64,000 nucleotides of DNA from an uncultured Weeksellaceae bacterium (GCA_964537825.1 CAZIDL010000001.1:67668-131667); one strand, 5' to 3'. Positions 9,407 through 18,743 are shown, counted from the stretch's first letter. The notes: generated by a model not told the origin, from the letters alone. Translations and numbers: made by a program.

Positions 9407-11506
9407 TCAGCGGACCAAGAGCTTCTTTAGCTTCGATCCCCCATTTGCTGCTTTGAAATGAAGGAAATAGAGGCCGGGTGAAAGCTCCTGGACGGAGAGT
9501 GCGTGGTCGTGAACCTCCCCTTTCCCTTCGAGGAGGCGTTTACGGATCGTTCGGCCGGTCGCATCCCTTAGGCTTTGTTCCACCGTGCCTTCTCCTTTTA
9601 CGCGGATCCGAACACGCTTATCGGCTGGATTGGGATGAACGTCCACAGCAAAGGGGCTTTTCTCCGCTTCCTTTACGGAAAGGACGTTCGCATCGGCGAT
9701 ATTGATATCGTCGATGTAGATGTTATTACCACCGTCGCTTATGAATTGGAACTTGAAGCGGAGCCCCTCTACATTGTATCCGGCACTCAAGGTCTGTTTC
9801 ACTCTGAGCGTCTTCCAATCCTGAGGGTCAGGATTTTTGTAATAGCCTTTCATCGGCTTTCCGCTCAAAAGATCCGCAACATCGAAGGTCTTTCGAATAT
9901 CCCACACGCCATTGCAACTCTTTTGGGCGAATACTTTTAATTTGCCTTTATTATCGCTGTCGATCTGGCGATAGGCCACTTTGAAGGAAAGGGCCACAGG
10001 ATCAAGATCGGAAGCGTCGATGGTCTCTGTTACCAGTTCATAGTGTCCTCCCTTGGTCGCATAATAATTCTCCAGGATGAACGAAGAATGTCCGGAAGCG
10101 CCGGTCCGCTCAGTGTGCGCCCATTCTGTGCCATCCGAGGAGGGGAGAGGCATCACTTTTCCTCTTTGAACGGGCTTTCCCTCCATATCTTCTTTATAAG
10201 GAGTTCCGGCCCCTTTTGCATCCAAAACCCGAATGAAGTCTTTCTCATGCACGGCTAGGGTGTCCTTCCCCTGGCGAACTTCAAGCTCTACGTCATAAAG
10301 GCCCGGCTTTTGATAGCTCACTTCAGGCAGTGGGTCGTTCAAAGCGAAAAAGGGCGTCCCTTTGTGGAAGGTCCATCTCCTTTGTTCGATCCCATGGTAG
10401 GATCGATCCTTGAATTGAACCTTTTGACCGGTGCAAACGATGCGAGGCTCGGCCCTTAGGTCTACCCTGCAGAGTGGGTTCTTTTGGACACCGGTCATCT
10501 TTAGGTTCTGCGAAGAAGTGAGCTTCTCAAGGCCATTGATATTGTTCAGCGCAGTTTTCATACGACCTTTTTGCCCTTTGCTGAACATGTTCTGGCATTG
10601 ATCATAGCTCATGTAATTCTCGATCTGATCCACAACATCCGTGTTAAAAGGGCTTGGGCCTAAGGTGTCCGTAGAACAACTGTTCTGGCTCATCGAACAT
10701 CCATAGGTCTCCTCCTTTGCGGGCGGGGTATCGCAGATCCTGTCCCCGTTGGAAGAACAATCGCCGCTGCATCCACCCTGGAAGGTGTGAAAAAGTCCGA
10801 GGCAATGCCCCACCTCATGGGTGGCTGTCCTTCCTTCTGAATCGGATGTTCCGATGGTCCCGAAACGATCGTTACGCATCACCACCCCGTAATCCTCTCC
10901 AATGCCCCCCCAGGGGAACTCCGCATAGCCCAGAAGGGTTCCTTGACCGGAACCCTTTAGCGTATTGGCCAGCCAAATGTTAAAGTATTCGTCCGTTGGC
11001 CAGCGGATCAGATCCTTCACCGCATCGTCCGCATTGTAAGTAAGGTCTGATCGCGTGCGGGTCACTCCGTTCGTGCAATTCCCGTCAGGACCGTACCTTG
11101 CCAACCTTAGGATGATGTCCGGGTCTGAAGCAAGGCTGTCAAAAACGCTACGCGTGTCCGTAGTGTCGGAATTGTTGCGCGTGAAATCCTCGTTCATTAC
11201 GCGCATCCCATCCTTGATCTGTTGATAACTGATGTTCCCCTTGCCTTCATCGTGGATCACGTGGACCACAACAGGGATGGTATCATTCTGCCCGGCCCGT
11301 TGAGCGCTCGATTTATCGATGGTCTTTTGGATCATCTTTTCCCAACGCTCTTTCCCCATCTTTTCGATCGTTCGATCAAGCCGTTCATCGGTCCCACACC
11401 AGTCACCCTGGGCGTAAGTTCCGGTGAATGGTAATAGAAGGAGGAAGAGGAGAAGACCGCTTTGAAGCGTTCTGTAAAGGTCCTCTATATTTGGAAGAGG
11501 GCTCAT
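9407..11506 (-). CDS. Secreted metzincin (M43/pappalysin-like) with PKD-like and jelly-roll domains and a T9SS type-A C-terminal sorting domain
   Basis: 699 aa with a signal peptide and zinc motif HEVGHCLGLFH. It has a PKD-like segment (CTGQKVQFKDRSYHG...YDVELEV) and a conserved LRFKFQFISDGGNNIYIDDINI block. The C-terminal CTD reads VHPNPADKRVRIRV...LSPGLYFLHFKAANGGSKLKKLLVR. Confidence 0.8.
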   Translation of the reverse strand: MSPLPNIEDLYRTLQSGLLLFLLLLPFTGTYAQGDWCGTDERLDRTIEKMGKERWEKMIQKTIDKSSAQRAGQNDTIPVVVHVIHDEGKGNISYQQIKDGMRVMNEDFTRNNSDTTDTRSVFDSLASDPDIILRLARYGPDGNCTNGVTRTRSDLTYNADDAVKDLIRWPTDEYFNIWLANTLKGSGQGTLLGYAEFPWGGIGEDYGVVMRNDRFGTIGTSDSEGRTATHEVGHCLGLFHTFQGGCSGDCSSNGDRICDTPPAKEETYGCSMSQNSCSTDTLGPSPFNTDVVDQIENYMSYDQCQNMFSKGQKGRMKTALNNINGLEKLTSSQNLKMTGVQKNPLCRVDLRAEPRIVCTGQKVQFKDRSYHGIEQRRWTFHKGTPFFALNDPLPEVSYQKPGLYDVELEVRQGKDTLAVHEKDFIRVLDAKGAGTPYKEDMEGKPVQRGKVMPLPSSDGTEWAHTERTGASGHSSFILENYYATKGGHYELVTETIDASDLDPVALSFKVAYRQIDSDNKGKLKVFAQKSCNGVWDIRKTFDVADLLSGKPMKGYYKNPDPQDWKTLRVKQTLSAGYNVEGLRFKFQFISDGGNNIYIDDINIADANVLSVKEAEKSPFAVDVHPNPADKRVRIRVKGEGTVEQSLRDATGRTIRKRLLEGKGEVHDHALSVQELSPGLYFLHFKAANGGSKLKKLLVR

Positions 11507-13671
11507 TTTTTAAAGAGCTTTTTCGTGCTTTTCCGATCTCCGATCCGCACTTTGACAAAATAGGGGCCGGCTTGCAGATCGCTCATATCGATCGTCAATC
11601 GGTGGAATCCGGCCCTAAGGAGATCCCCCTCGCGAATCTTCCGCACCGTTTTACCCCTGAGATCCAAAAGTTCGATCGATATCTTCTTGCGAAGAGGGAG
11701 TTCGAGGCTTAGGACGGTCTTTTCCTGAACCGGATTCGGATGGACCTTTAGATCCGCTTTTTCGCCTTCTTCTTCTCGAATACCGACGCTCTGTTGGTCG
11801 TAAACATTGATGTTGTCGATATATATGTTGTTCCCTCCGTCGCTGGTGAATTCGAATTTGAAGCGAAGGTCCTTGACGTTGTAATTTGAATTGAGGGCGC
11901 TATTGAAGGTCTTATTGCTCCATTCATCCGCTTCCGGAACGAAAGGCTCCGTATGTTCCGGAGCAGTGGAAAGGCCGAACTGCGCGGAATAGGTCTTTAG
12001 GGGAGACCAGGTGTTCCCGCAATCGTTGGAAGCGAAGACCTTTAATTCATCCTGATCCCCCGAATTGATCTTAGCAAAGGCTACGTCAAAGGACATTTCG
12101 ATATTGCCGTCCGGTATTTGAGTAGCATCGATGCTGGTGGTGTAAAAGATGTCTTTGTTCCCAACGCTGTTAGAATAATTCTCCAACATGATGGCCCCCC
12201 TGCTTCCACCTTCTCCAGCTTGTGTGGTGGGCTTCCAGGCTATGGAGTCAGCATCCGGGTTCTCCTGATGAAGCTTAAAGGAGTTTTGGAAAGAGACCAT
12301 CCAGTCCATGGGGTCGATGAACGGGAGCTTCATTCCGGGTGATGGAAGGACCTTGATAAGGTCTTTTTTAATGGCCGTGTCCGTTCCCGAGGAATTGCTT
12401 GCGATAAGGGTGACATCGAAGCTGCCGGTGTCCGTGTAGGTAACGGTGGGGTTCTGTACCGTCGGGTCCGTGGCGTTCCCTCCTTCGAATTCCCAATCCC
12501 AGGATGTTGGGCCATGATAACTCAGGTCTTCGAATTGGATGCTCTCCCCTTTACAGATCGTGCGCTGACCTGCACTGAAATCCACTAGACATAGTTGCGG
12601 GGTCTTTACACCGGTTTCCTGAAGGTTGGCATCTTGCCATAGTTGATTCCGGTCGGCGATATTAGAAGTGATAGCACCCCGCATAGCTGATCTCTGGCCG
12701 TCCGTGAACATTCGATGGCAATAAGAATATTCCATGTAGTTCTGTACGTTATCCTGACTCCCGCAACTGGACCCGGAAGGATTATTGCAGTCGGTCCAAC
12801 CGATGGTGTGGGGGGTGTCACAGATCCCATCATCGTAGGACCTGTATGGACTGCAATTGGTATTGCTACAATTGGATCCATTGCAATTGCTTCCATCCCC
12901 TGCTTGACCACAAGTTCCCCATGGATGATCGAGTCCGAAATAATGTCCTGTTTCATGGGTGAGCGTTCTGGATTTCCATACTGAGCTTGGGGATTGTGTT
13001 CCGAGGTAATTGTACTTCAGTACGATGCCATCCTCACTCGGATTCGCCTCAGCTTGGGCGGGTGGGGTGGTATAACCGGCCACTCCTCCACCACCTCCTA
13101 GGTCGATGTCGTTACAGATCCAAACGTTAAGGTAGCTGCTCGGATCCCATTGGATCAGCCCCTTCATTTGTGCATCGCCATCGTAAGTTTTGGTTGACTG
13201 GGTGTAGGTGATCCCCCGGTGGCAATTTCCATTGGGATCCTTTTGAGCAAGTCGGAATTCGATCTCGGCATCAGCAGCGATGCTTTTGAATGGAGATTTG
13301 ATGGTTGTAGTGTCCTGGTTGTTCTTCCTGAAGTCCCTTGTCAGGATATCCATAGCGTTCTCAACCCGTGCCGGATCTATTTTCTCCGGGCCGTTATCGT
13401 GGATCACGTGGAAAACCACCGGGACGATATAGACCGTTCCTGCTCTTTTTTCTTCCTGATATTCTGCTATATGATCATCGAGCTTTTGCCTTATGCGATG
13501 GATCCGCTCCGCTTTTTGGGGAGATTCATTAATGGTCTTTCTCCAGAGAATGTCGGTGCCGCAATAGGTGTCGAGTCCGTGCTTTTCAAGGTCAGCCTTC
13601 ATGCTCTGCCCCATGACCGTGAGGGTAGGTAAAAGCAGGAACAATGAAAAGAGGGAAATAGAGCGTCGCAT
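11503..13671 (-). CDS. Paralogous secreted M43-like metzincin with PKD-like domain and T9SS type-A CTD
   Basis: 722 aa with zinc motif HETGHYFGLDH and a PKD-like segment (CKGESIQFEDLSYHGPTSWDWEF...FDVTLIASN). It also has LRFKFEFTSDGGNNIYIDNINV and a CTD (VHPNPVQEKTVLSLEL...GPYFVKVRIGDRKSTKKLFKK). A 4-nt overlap joins it to the downstream paralog. Confidence 0.8.
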   Translation of the reverse strand: MRRSISLFSLFLLLPTLTVMGQSMKADLEKHGLDTYCGTDILWRKTINESPQKAERIHRIRQKLDDHIAEYQEEKRAGTVYIVPVVFHVIHDNGPEKIDPARVENAMDILTRDFRKNNQDTTTIKSPFKSIAADAEIEFRLAQKDPNGNCHRGITYTQSTKTYDGDAQMKGLIQWDPSSYLNVWICNDIDLGGGGGVAGYTTPPAQAEANPSEDGIVLKYNYLGTQSPSSVWKSRTLTHETGHYFGLDHPWGTCGQAGDGSNCNGSNCSNTNCSPYRSYDDGICDTPHTIGWTDCNNPSGSSCGSQDNVQNYMEYSYCHRMFTDGQRSAMRGAITSNIADRNQLWQDANLQETGVKTPQLCLVDFSAGQRTICKGESIQFEDLSYHGPTSWDWEFEGGNATDPTVQNPTVTYTDTGSFDVTLIASNSSGTDTAIKKDLIKVLPSPGMKLPFIDPMDWMVSFQNSFKLHQENPDADSIAWKPTTQAGEGGSRGAIMLENYSNSVGNKDIFYTTSIDATQIPDGNIEMSFDVAFAKINSGDQDELKVFASNDCGNTWSPLKTYSAQFGLSTAPEHTEPFVPEADEWSNKTFNSALNSNYNVKDLRFKFEFTSDGGNNIYIDNINVYDQQSVGIREEEGEKADLKVHPNPVQEKTVLSLELPLRKKISIELLDLRGKTVRKIREGDLLRAGFHRLTIDMSDLQAGPYFVKVRIGDRKSTKKLFKK

Positions 13672-13726
13672 AGTTGGAAAAGGATTGGAGTAATAGAAAG
13701 AAAAAAGGATGCCTTGGAAAGGGACG

Positions 13727-14455
13727 TTAATCTTCGAGTTCCCTTACAGAAACGAGTGTTGAAGAAAAGCTGCTCGGGTCTTGCATGATACGAAAATACT
13801 TTTCAGCCACATCCGAGGGATCGGCAAGTTGCTGATCGTTCTTGAGATCCCGAAATCTTTCGACCGAAGAGAAGTCGTTCTCCGAACTGCTCCTGATCTC
13901 CTCTTGCATGGACGTTTCCACAACGCCAGGAGCGATCGAGAGGATCTGGAAAGGGTTGGAATGCTGATGGATCCGTTGTTCTTCCTGGACGACCTCTCCA
14001 TACATATCCAGACCGGCCTTGGAGGCACAATAAGTGCTCCATCCGTCGATCGCGTTTTTCCCGGCACCTGAGCTTACGTTCACGATGAGCTTTTTCGCAT
14101 TCAATTCCTGAAAATGCTTGATGAACTTGTTCGTGAGAATGGCCGGAGCTGTGAGGTTCAGGTCGAAACTGCGCTGGATGGCATCATCATCATCTTTTCC
14201 GACAGGCTTGATGCTCCCGAGCGTTCCTGCATTGTTGATCAGGACGAGTTCTTCGATCTTATCGTGCTTCTCTGGCTCCCATTCTTTGAGGGTCCCGATA
14301 TCGGACAGGTCCATTTCGATGGGGGTGTAACGGGGGTGCTCGATCGTGTGGGTGCGCGAAATGCCATACACGTAGCTGTCCTCGTATTCGAGGGCCTTTT
14401 CGGCCAATGCTCTTCCGATCCCTCTGCTGGTCCCTGTTATGTAATGAACGCGCAT
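13727..14455 (-). CDS. Short-chain dehydrogenase/reductase (sepiapterin-reductase-like SDR)
   Basis: 242 aa with cofactor motif ITGTSRGIGRALA, NNAG, and catalytic S...YCASKAGLD. Confidence 0.8.
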   Translation of the reverse strand: MRVHYITGTSRGIGRALAEKALEYEDSYVYGISRTHTIEHPRYTPIEMDLSDIGTLKEWEPEKHDKIEELVLINNAGTLGSIKPVGKDDDDAIQRSFDLNLTAPAILTNKFIKHFQELNAKKLIVNVSSGAGKNAIDGWSTYCASKAGLDMYGEVVQEEQRIHQHSNPFQILSIAPGVVETSMQEEIRSSSENDFSSVERFRDLKNDQQLADPSDVAEKYFRIMQDPSSFSSTLVSVRELED

Positions 14456-14465
14456 CCTGTGCTAT

Positions 14466-15152
14466 TTACTTGTTGATCTCGATGAAGCGGGCCACATCCT
14501 TATCCCTCCCAAAGACCACGATCGTGTCTTTCTGCTGGATCACGGTATCGGATCCCGGCACTCCAAGGATATGCTCCTCCTCTACTGCTTCGCCGTTCTT
14601 CGTTTTATCGTAAGCCCGTTTAATAGTGACGATCGTGAGGTGGTATTTGTTGCGTAGCCCGATGTCCTCGATGGTCCGATTGGTGATCGCTTTTGGTGCT
14701 TTTATCTCTGCGATCTCATAATTATCAGGGAGTTGAAGGAAAGAGATGATGCTCGGGTTCAACAGCCTTTCTGCCACGATAAAGGCCACTTCATCCTCAG
14801 GGGTCAGGATCTCGTTCACGCCGACCTTTTCCAGGATCATCTTTTGCTGGGGGCCGCTCGCTCTCCCGATCAGGCGCGGCACTTCCAATTCGACCAAGTG
14901 AACAGCTGCCAGGATCAGGGCTTCGAAGTTCTCTCCGATCGCCAGGACAGCTGCGTCCACGTCCTGGATGTTCTGGGAACGAAGGGCTTTCTTGTCCGTA
15001 GCGTCCAGTGTTACAGCAAAGGCCACATCATCCTTGATCTGCTCGATCTTCTCTTCGTTGTCGTCAAAGGCATAGACCTCTGCTCCTTTCATGGCTAATT
15101 CCCTCGCGATCGCGGAGCCATATTTGCCAACGCCGATGACGGCGAATTTCAT
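14466..15152 (-). CDS. TrkA/KtrA-family potassium-transport regulatory protein (RCK N- and C-domains)
   Basis: Rossmann start MKFAVIGVGKYGSAIA followed by a TrkA-C-like C-terminal half. The start is ambiguous: ATGs at 15152, 15161 and 15191 are all in frame. I chose the one that gives the canonical MKxxxIGxG N-terminus. Confidence 0.75.
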   Translation of the reverse strand: MKFAVIGVGKYGSAIARELAMKGAEVYAFDDNEEKIEQIKDDVAFAVTLDATDKKALRSQNIQDVDAAVLAIGENFEALILAAVHLVELEVPRLIGRASGPQQKMILEKVGVNEILTPEDEVAFIVAERLLNPSIISFLQLPDNYEIAEIKAPKAITNRTIEDIGLRNKYHLTIVTIKRAYDKTKNGEAVEEEHILGVPGSDTVIQQKDTIVVFGRDKDVARFIEINK

Positions 15153-15162
15153 TCCCTGCATC

Positions 15163-16311
15163 TCAAAGACGCTTTTGGAAGGCTTGTTCAAGATCCGCTA
15201 CCAGATCCTCACCATCCTCGATGCCCACGCTGATGCGGATGAGCGAATCCACAAGTCCGGACTTTTCCCGCTCTTCCCTAGGGATCGATGCGTGGGTCAT
15301 GGAGGCCGGGTGGTTCATCAGCGACTCTACTCCGCCCAGGGATTCAGCCAATGAGAAGATCTTGAGCTCGGAAAGGACGGCGAAGGCCGCTTCCTGGTCA
15401 CCGTTCTTCATATCGAAGGAGATCATGCCCCCGTGATCGTTCATTTGCTTCCTGGCCAGTTCGTGGCCTGGGTGGTCCGAGAATCCGGGCCAGTATACGT
15501 TCCCAACATGCTCGTTGTTCCGGAGGAATTCCGCAACCTTGCGAGCATTCTCACAATGCCGTTGCATGCGGATATGGAGGGTCTTAATACCCCGAAGGAC
15601 GAGGAAGCAATCCTGAGGGCCGGGCACAGCCCCACTGCTGTTCTGGATGAAGAAGAGTTTCTCTGCAAGCTCGTCGTCGTTCATCACCAAAGCTCCGTGG
15701 ACCACGTCCGAATGACCTCCCAAATATTTGGTGGCCGAATGCATCACGATGTCCGAGCCAAGATCGAGGGGACGCTGAAGGTAGGGAGAAGCAAAGGTGT
15801 TGTCGGTGACCACTAAGGCCTGATGCCTTTTAGCGACCTCCACGATCCCTTCGATGTCGATGATGTTCATCATCGGGTTCGTCGGGGTCTCGATCCAGAC
15901 CATTCGAGTGCGGTCGTTCAGGTATTCCTCGACCTCTTCCGGGCTCCGCATCGGGATGAAATGGAAGACGATCCCGTACTTTTCAAAGACCTGGCGGAAT
16001 TGGCGGTAAGTGCCACCGTAGAGGTCGCTCGTGGAGATCACTTCATCTCCGGGCTCCAGGAGTTTGATCAGGGCGTCGATCGCAGCAAGCCCACTGCCGA
16101 AACAGATCCCGTGCTCCCCGTTCTCCAGCGAAGCGATGTTCGCCTCCAAGGCTTGACGGGTCGGGTTCTGACTCCTTGAGTATTCGAAGCCTTTGTGTTC
16201 TCCCGGGCGGCTTTGTACGTAGGTCGAGGTCTGATAGATAGGGGTCATGATCGCTCCCGTGCTCGGATCGGGCTCGACCCCTGCATGGATGGTCTTCGTG
16301 TTGAATTTCAT
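15163..16311 (-). CDS. Cys/Met-metabolism PLP-dependent enzyme (cystathionine gamma-lyase/beta-lyase/gamma-synthase family)
   Basis: Start trimmed to the ATG at 16311, giving MKFNTKTIHAGVEPDPSTGAIMTPIYQTSTY. The PLP-lysine region is HSATKYLGGHSDVV and the C-terminus is LIRISVGIED. The 67 upstream codons in the ORF track look non-coding (S/R-rich junk). Confidence 0.85.
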   Translation of the reverse strand: MKFNTKTIHAGVEPDPSTGAIMTPIYQTSTYVQSRPGEHKGFEYSRSQNPTRQALEANIASLENGEHGICFGSGLAAIDALIKLLEPGDEVISTSDLYGGTYRQFRQVFEKYGIVFHFIPMRSPEEVEEYLNDRTRMVWIETPTNPMMNIIDIEGIVEVAKRHQALVVTDNTFASPYLQRPLDLGSDIVMHSATKYLGGHSDVVHGALVMNDDELAEKLFFIQNSSGAVPGPQDCFLVLRGIKTLHIRMQRHCENARKVAEFLRNNEHVGNVYWPGFSDHPGHELARKQMNDHGGMISFDMKNGDQEAAFAVLSELKIFSLAESLGGVESLMNHPASMTHASIPREEREKSGLVDSLIRISVGIEDGEDLVADLEQAFQKRL

Positions 16312-16398
16312 GGGCCGTAATAGGGAGGGCCAATTTAAGGATCTTTCACGGTACGCGGTTTCCAGCGGTCCGGAAAAAGGAAAAAGGCGCCGAAGCCC

Positions 16399-16406
16399 TA
16401 TTTTTG
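16399..16406 (+). promoter_or_regulatory. -7 promoter box (TATTTTTG) abutting the mgtE start codon
   Basis: Exact TAnnTTTG. Only 5 nt separate its 3' G (16406) from the mgtE ATG (16412), which predicts a leaderless or near-leaderless transcript. Confidence 0.4.
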
Positions 16407-16411
16407 TGCTG

Positions 16412-17791
16412 ATGTCGAGCAGCGAAGAGCATACTGAGACCTTCGAGGTGGATCGGAAGAACCTGGAGCTGATCCGCGAAGCCGTAGAACAGGGCAACGA
16501 TTCCTTTATCACGGAAAAGCTGGAAGGTGCACATGCGGCGGATATCGCAAGGGTCCTTCAGGGATTGCACCCCGAAGATGCCCGCTACCTTTTCCGCCTT
16601 CTTCCGATGGATATCGGTTCCGATGCGATCATGGAGCTGGATGAAGGAGTCCGGAAAGAACTGCTGGACGCTTTCACAGCGAATGAGATCGCGGAACGGG
16701 TGATGGGCCGGATGGATTCGGACGACTCGGCGGACTTGCTCGCCCTCCTTAATGAAGAAAAGCGGGAAGAGGTCATCTCTCAGCTCGAGGATATCGACCG
16801 GGCCAGCGATATCGTCGACCTGATGACCTACGACGAACGCTCGGCCGGGGGTTTGATGGCCAAGGAGCTGATCGAGGTCAATGTGAATTGGACGGTCTCC
16901 CGCTGCATCCGCGAAATGCGCAAACAAGCCGCCGATCTGGACGATGTGTACAATGTTTATGTGGTCGACGATCATGGCGTGCTTTTAGGGATGTTATCCC
17001 TCAAGGACCTCCTTTTTTCCGCTTCCTCTGTGAAGACCACGGTCGAAGAGCTTTATGCTCCGGATGTCACTTCGGTGGATGCTGAGGAAGGAGCGGAAGA
17101 AGTGGCTCGTATCATGGAGAAGTACGATCTCGTGGTATTACCGGTCGTTAACGACGAGGGGAAATTGCTCGGCCGGATCACGATCGATGATGTAGTGGAT
17201 GTGATCCGGGAGGAAGCCGACAAGGATTATCAGATGGCGTCCGGCCTTTCTGAGAACCTGAGCCAGACCACTCGTCCCCTTCAGATCAGTCGCTCTCGGC
17301 TTCCTTGGCTTTTGATCGGTCTGATGGGGGGTATTCTGGGAGCTCAGGTGATCGGGGTCTATGAAAAGGAATTGAAGGTGGACCCCGCACTAGCCTTCTT
17401 TATACCTCTGGTAGCGGCTATGGGGGGGAATGTAGGTATTCAATCCTCGGCCGTGGTCGTGAAGAGCATCGCCAACGATACCCTCCAGCTCGAGGGGACC
17501 GGTAAGCGTGTGATCCGTGAAGTGATCGTGGCCCTGATCAACGGGGCTGTATGCGGCCTTCTGATCCTGCTCTACAACCTCTTTTTCGGAGGAGGGATGG
17601 AAATAGCCTATACGGTCAGCCTTTCGCTCTGCAGCGTGATATTCCTAGCTGCCCTGAACGGAACCCTCGTTCCCCTTATGCTCCATCGCCTAGGCGCCGA
17701 CCCTGCTATCGCGACAGGCCCGTTCATTACGACGCTCAACGATGTGCTCGGTGTTTTCATCTATTTCAGCATCGCTGCCCTCGTTCATTGA
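16412..17791 (+). CDS. mgtE: Magnesium transporter MgtE
   Basis: Start trimmed to ATG 16412 (MSSSEEHTETFEV...). It has an MgtE N-domain (HAADIARVLQGL), a CBS pair, and a TM domain with PLVAAMGGNVGIQSSAVVV and TGPFITTLNDVLGVFIYF. Confidence 0.92.
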   Translation: MSSSEEHTETFEVDRKNLELIREAVEQGNDSFITEKLEGAHAADIARVLQGLHPEDARYLFRLLPMDIGSDAIMELDEGVRKELLDAFTANEIAERVMGRMDSDDSADLLALLNEEKREEVISQLEDIDRASDIVDLMTYDERSAGGLMAKELIEVNVNWTVSRCIREMRKQAADLDDVYNVYVVDDHGVLLGMLSLKDLLFSASSVKTTVEELYAPDVTSVDAEEGAEEVARIMEKYDLVVLPVVNDEGKLLGRITIDDVVDVIREEADKDYQMASGLSENLSQTTRPLQISRSRLPWLLIGLMGGILGAQVIGVYEKELKVDPALAFFIPLVAAMGGNVGIQSSAVVVKSIANDTLQLEGTGKRVIREVIVALINGAVCGLLILLYNLFFGGGMEIAYTVSLSLCSVIFLAALNGTLVPLMLHRLGADPAIATGPFITTLNDVLGVFIYFSIAALVH

Positions 17792-17795
17792 TCCC

Positions 17796-18677
17796 ATGGC
17801 TTCTCGAGCTCCCAAGCGACCCCTTCTTATCCTCTATCTTCTAGGGCTCTACATCATCCTGCAGTTCGTTTGGTGGGCCTATCTTCTGATCGATAGCGAG
17901 GAAGGGAGTACCATCATGGTCATCGGGGAAGGGAGCGTCTTCTTGTTCTTGCTCCTCTTTGGCATGTACCGCTTAAAACGTTCATACGACAAGGAGCTTT
18001 CCCTCGCTGAACAAGAGCGCAATTTCATGATGGCGGTGACCCATGAACTCCGTTCGCCGATCACTTCTGTGAAGCTCTTCCTTCAGACGATCCGCCGCAT
18101 GAACGAGGATCCCGAACAAGTGAGGTTAGCGGAGGATGCGATCGCGGAGACCGATCGCCTCAATGGTTTGATCGATAACATTCTTCTGGCTTCGCGGATC
18201 GAAAGCGAAGCTTTCTCCGTATCGGTGCATGAGGAGGACCTCGGAGCGCAGGTCCGATCTGCGCTCAAAACACCTTCCGAAACGATCGGGTCCTCCCACC
18301 GGACCGAATTCGATATCCAGGAAGGAGTGCGAGCAAAGGTGGACGCGGAAGCTTTGCGCTCCGTGCTCGTGAACCTTTACGAGAACGCTGTGAAATACTC
18401 CCCGGAAGGCAGTAATATCCGCATCGAGGTGAAGGGATCTGATGATCAGGCAAGGGTTTCGGTCGAAGACGAGGGGGAAGGGATCCCGCAGAACGAACGA
18501 ACGAGGGTCCTGGAGAAGTTCTACCGCTCAGGTGAGGAAAAGCAACGGAAGAACAAAGGGACAGGATTAGGCCTTTATATCGTTCAACGCTTGGTACGGA
18601 TGCAGAAAGGAAGCTTCCGATTGAAGGAAGGGACCAAAGGGGGGACCCTGGCCGAGATCGCTTTTCCGAAGGCCTGA
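17796..18677 (+). CDS. Sensor histidine kinase (two TM helices, no evident extracytoplasmic sensor domain)
   Basis: Start trimmed to ATG 17796, 4 nt after the mgtE stop. H-box is FMMAVTHELRSPITSV, with N-box LYENAVKYSP and G-boxes DEGEGIP / GTGLGLYIVQRLV. Confidence 0.88.
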   Translation: MASRAPKRPLLILYLLGLYIILQFVWWAYLLIDSEEGSTIMVIGEGSVFLFLLLFGMYRLKRSYDKELSLAEQERNFMMAVTHELRSPITSVKLFLQTIRRMNEDPEQVRLAEDAIAETDRLNGLIDNILLASRIESEAFSVSVHEEDLGAQVRSALKTPSETIGSSHRTEFDIQEGVRAKVDAEALRSVLVNLYENAVKYSPEGSNIRIEVKGSDDQARVSVEDEGEGIPQNERTRVLEKFYRSGEEKQRKNKGTGLGLYIVQRLVRMQKGSFRLKEGTKGGTLAEIAFPKA

Positions 18678-18694
18678 TGCTTTCCGCTTCTCCT

Positions 18695-18702
18695 TACCTT
18701 TG
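18695..18702 (+). promoter_or_regulatory. Possible -7 promoter box (TACCTTTG) far upstream of gpmI
   Basis: Exact TAnnTTTG, but 134 nt upstream of the gpmI ATG and only 18 nt after the kinase stop. The assignment is uncertain. Confidence 0.25.
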
Positions 18703-18743
18703 TGATAAGCCCGGGAAGAGAACGTGTTTTCCCTCGTTCGCCT

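Noticed and set aside
16312-16512. N-terminal extensions in the ORF track. Examples are the metC-like ORF to 16512, mgtE from 16247, the kinase from 17742, usp2 from 31791, WG from 38296, the Rieske-like ORF to 41932, the 1344-aa ORF from 45793 and the flavin reductase to 56958.
   Set aside because: The extensions translate to junk-like sequence and overlap neighbouring genes, promoter boxes or the tRNA. Canonical family N-termini begin at internal ATGs, so the starts were trimmed.
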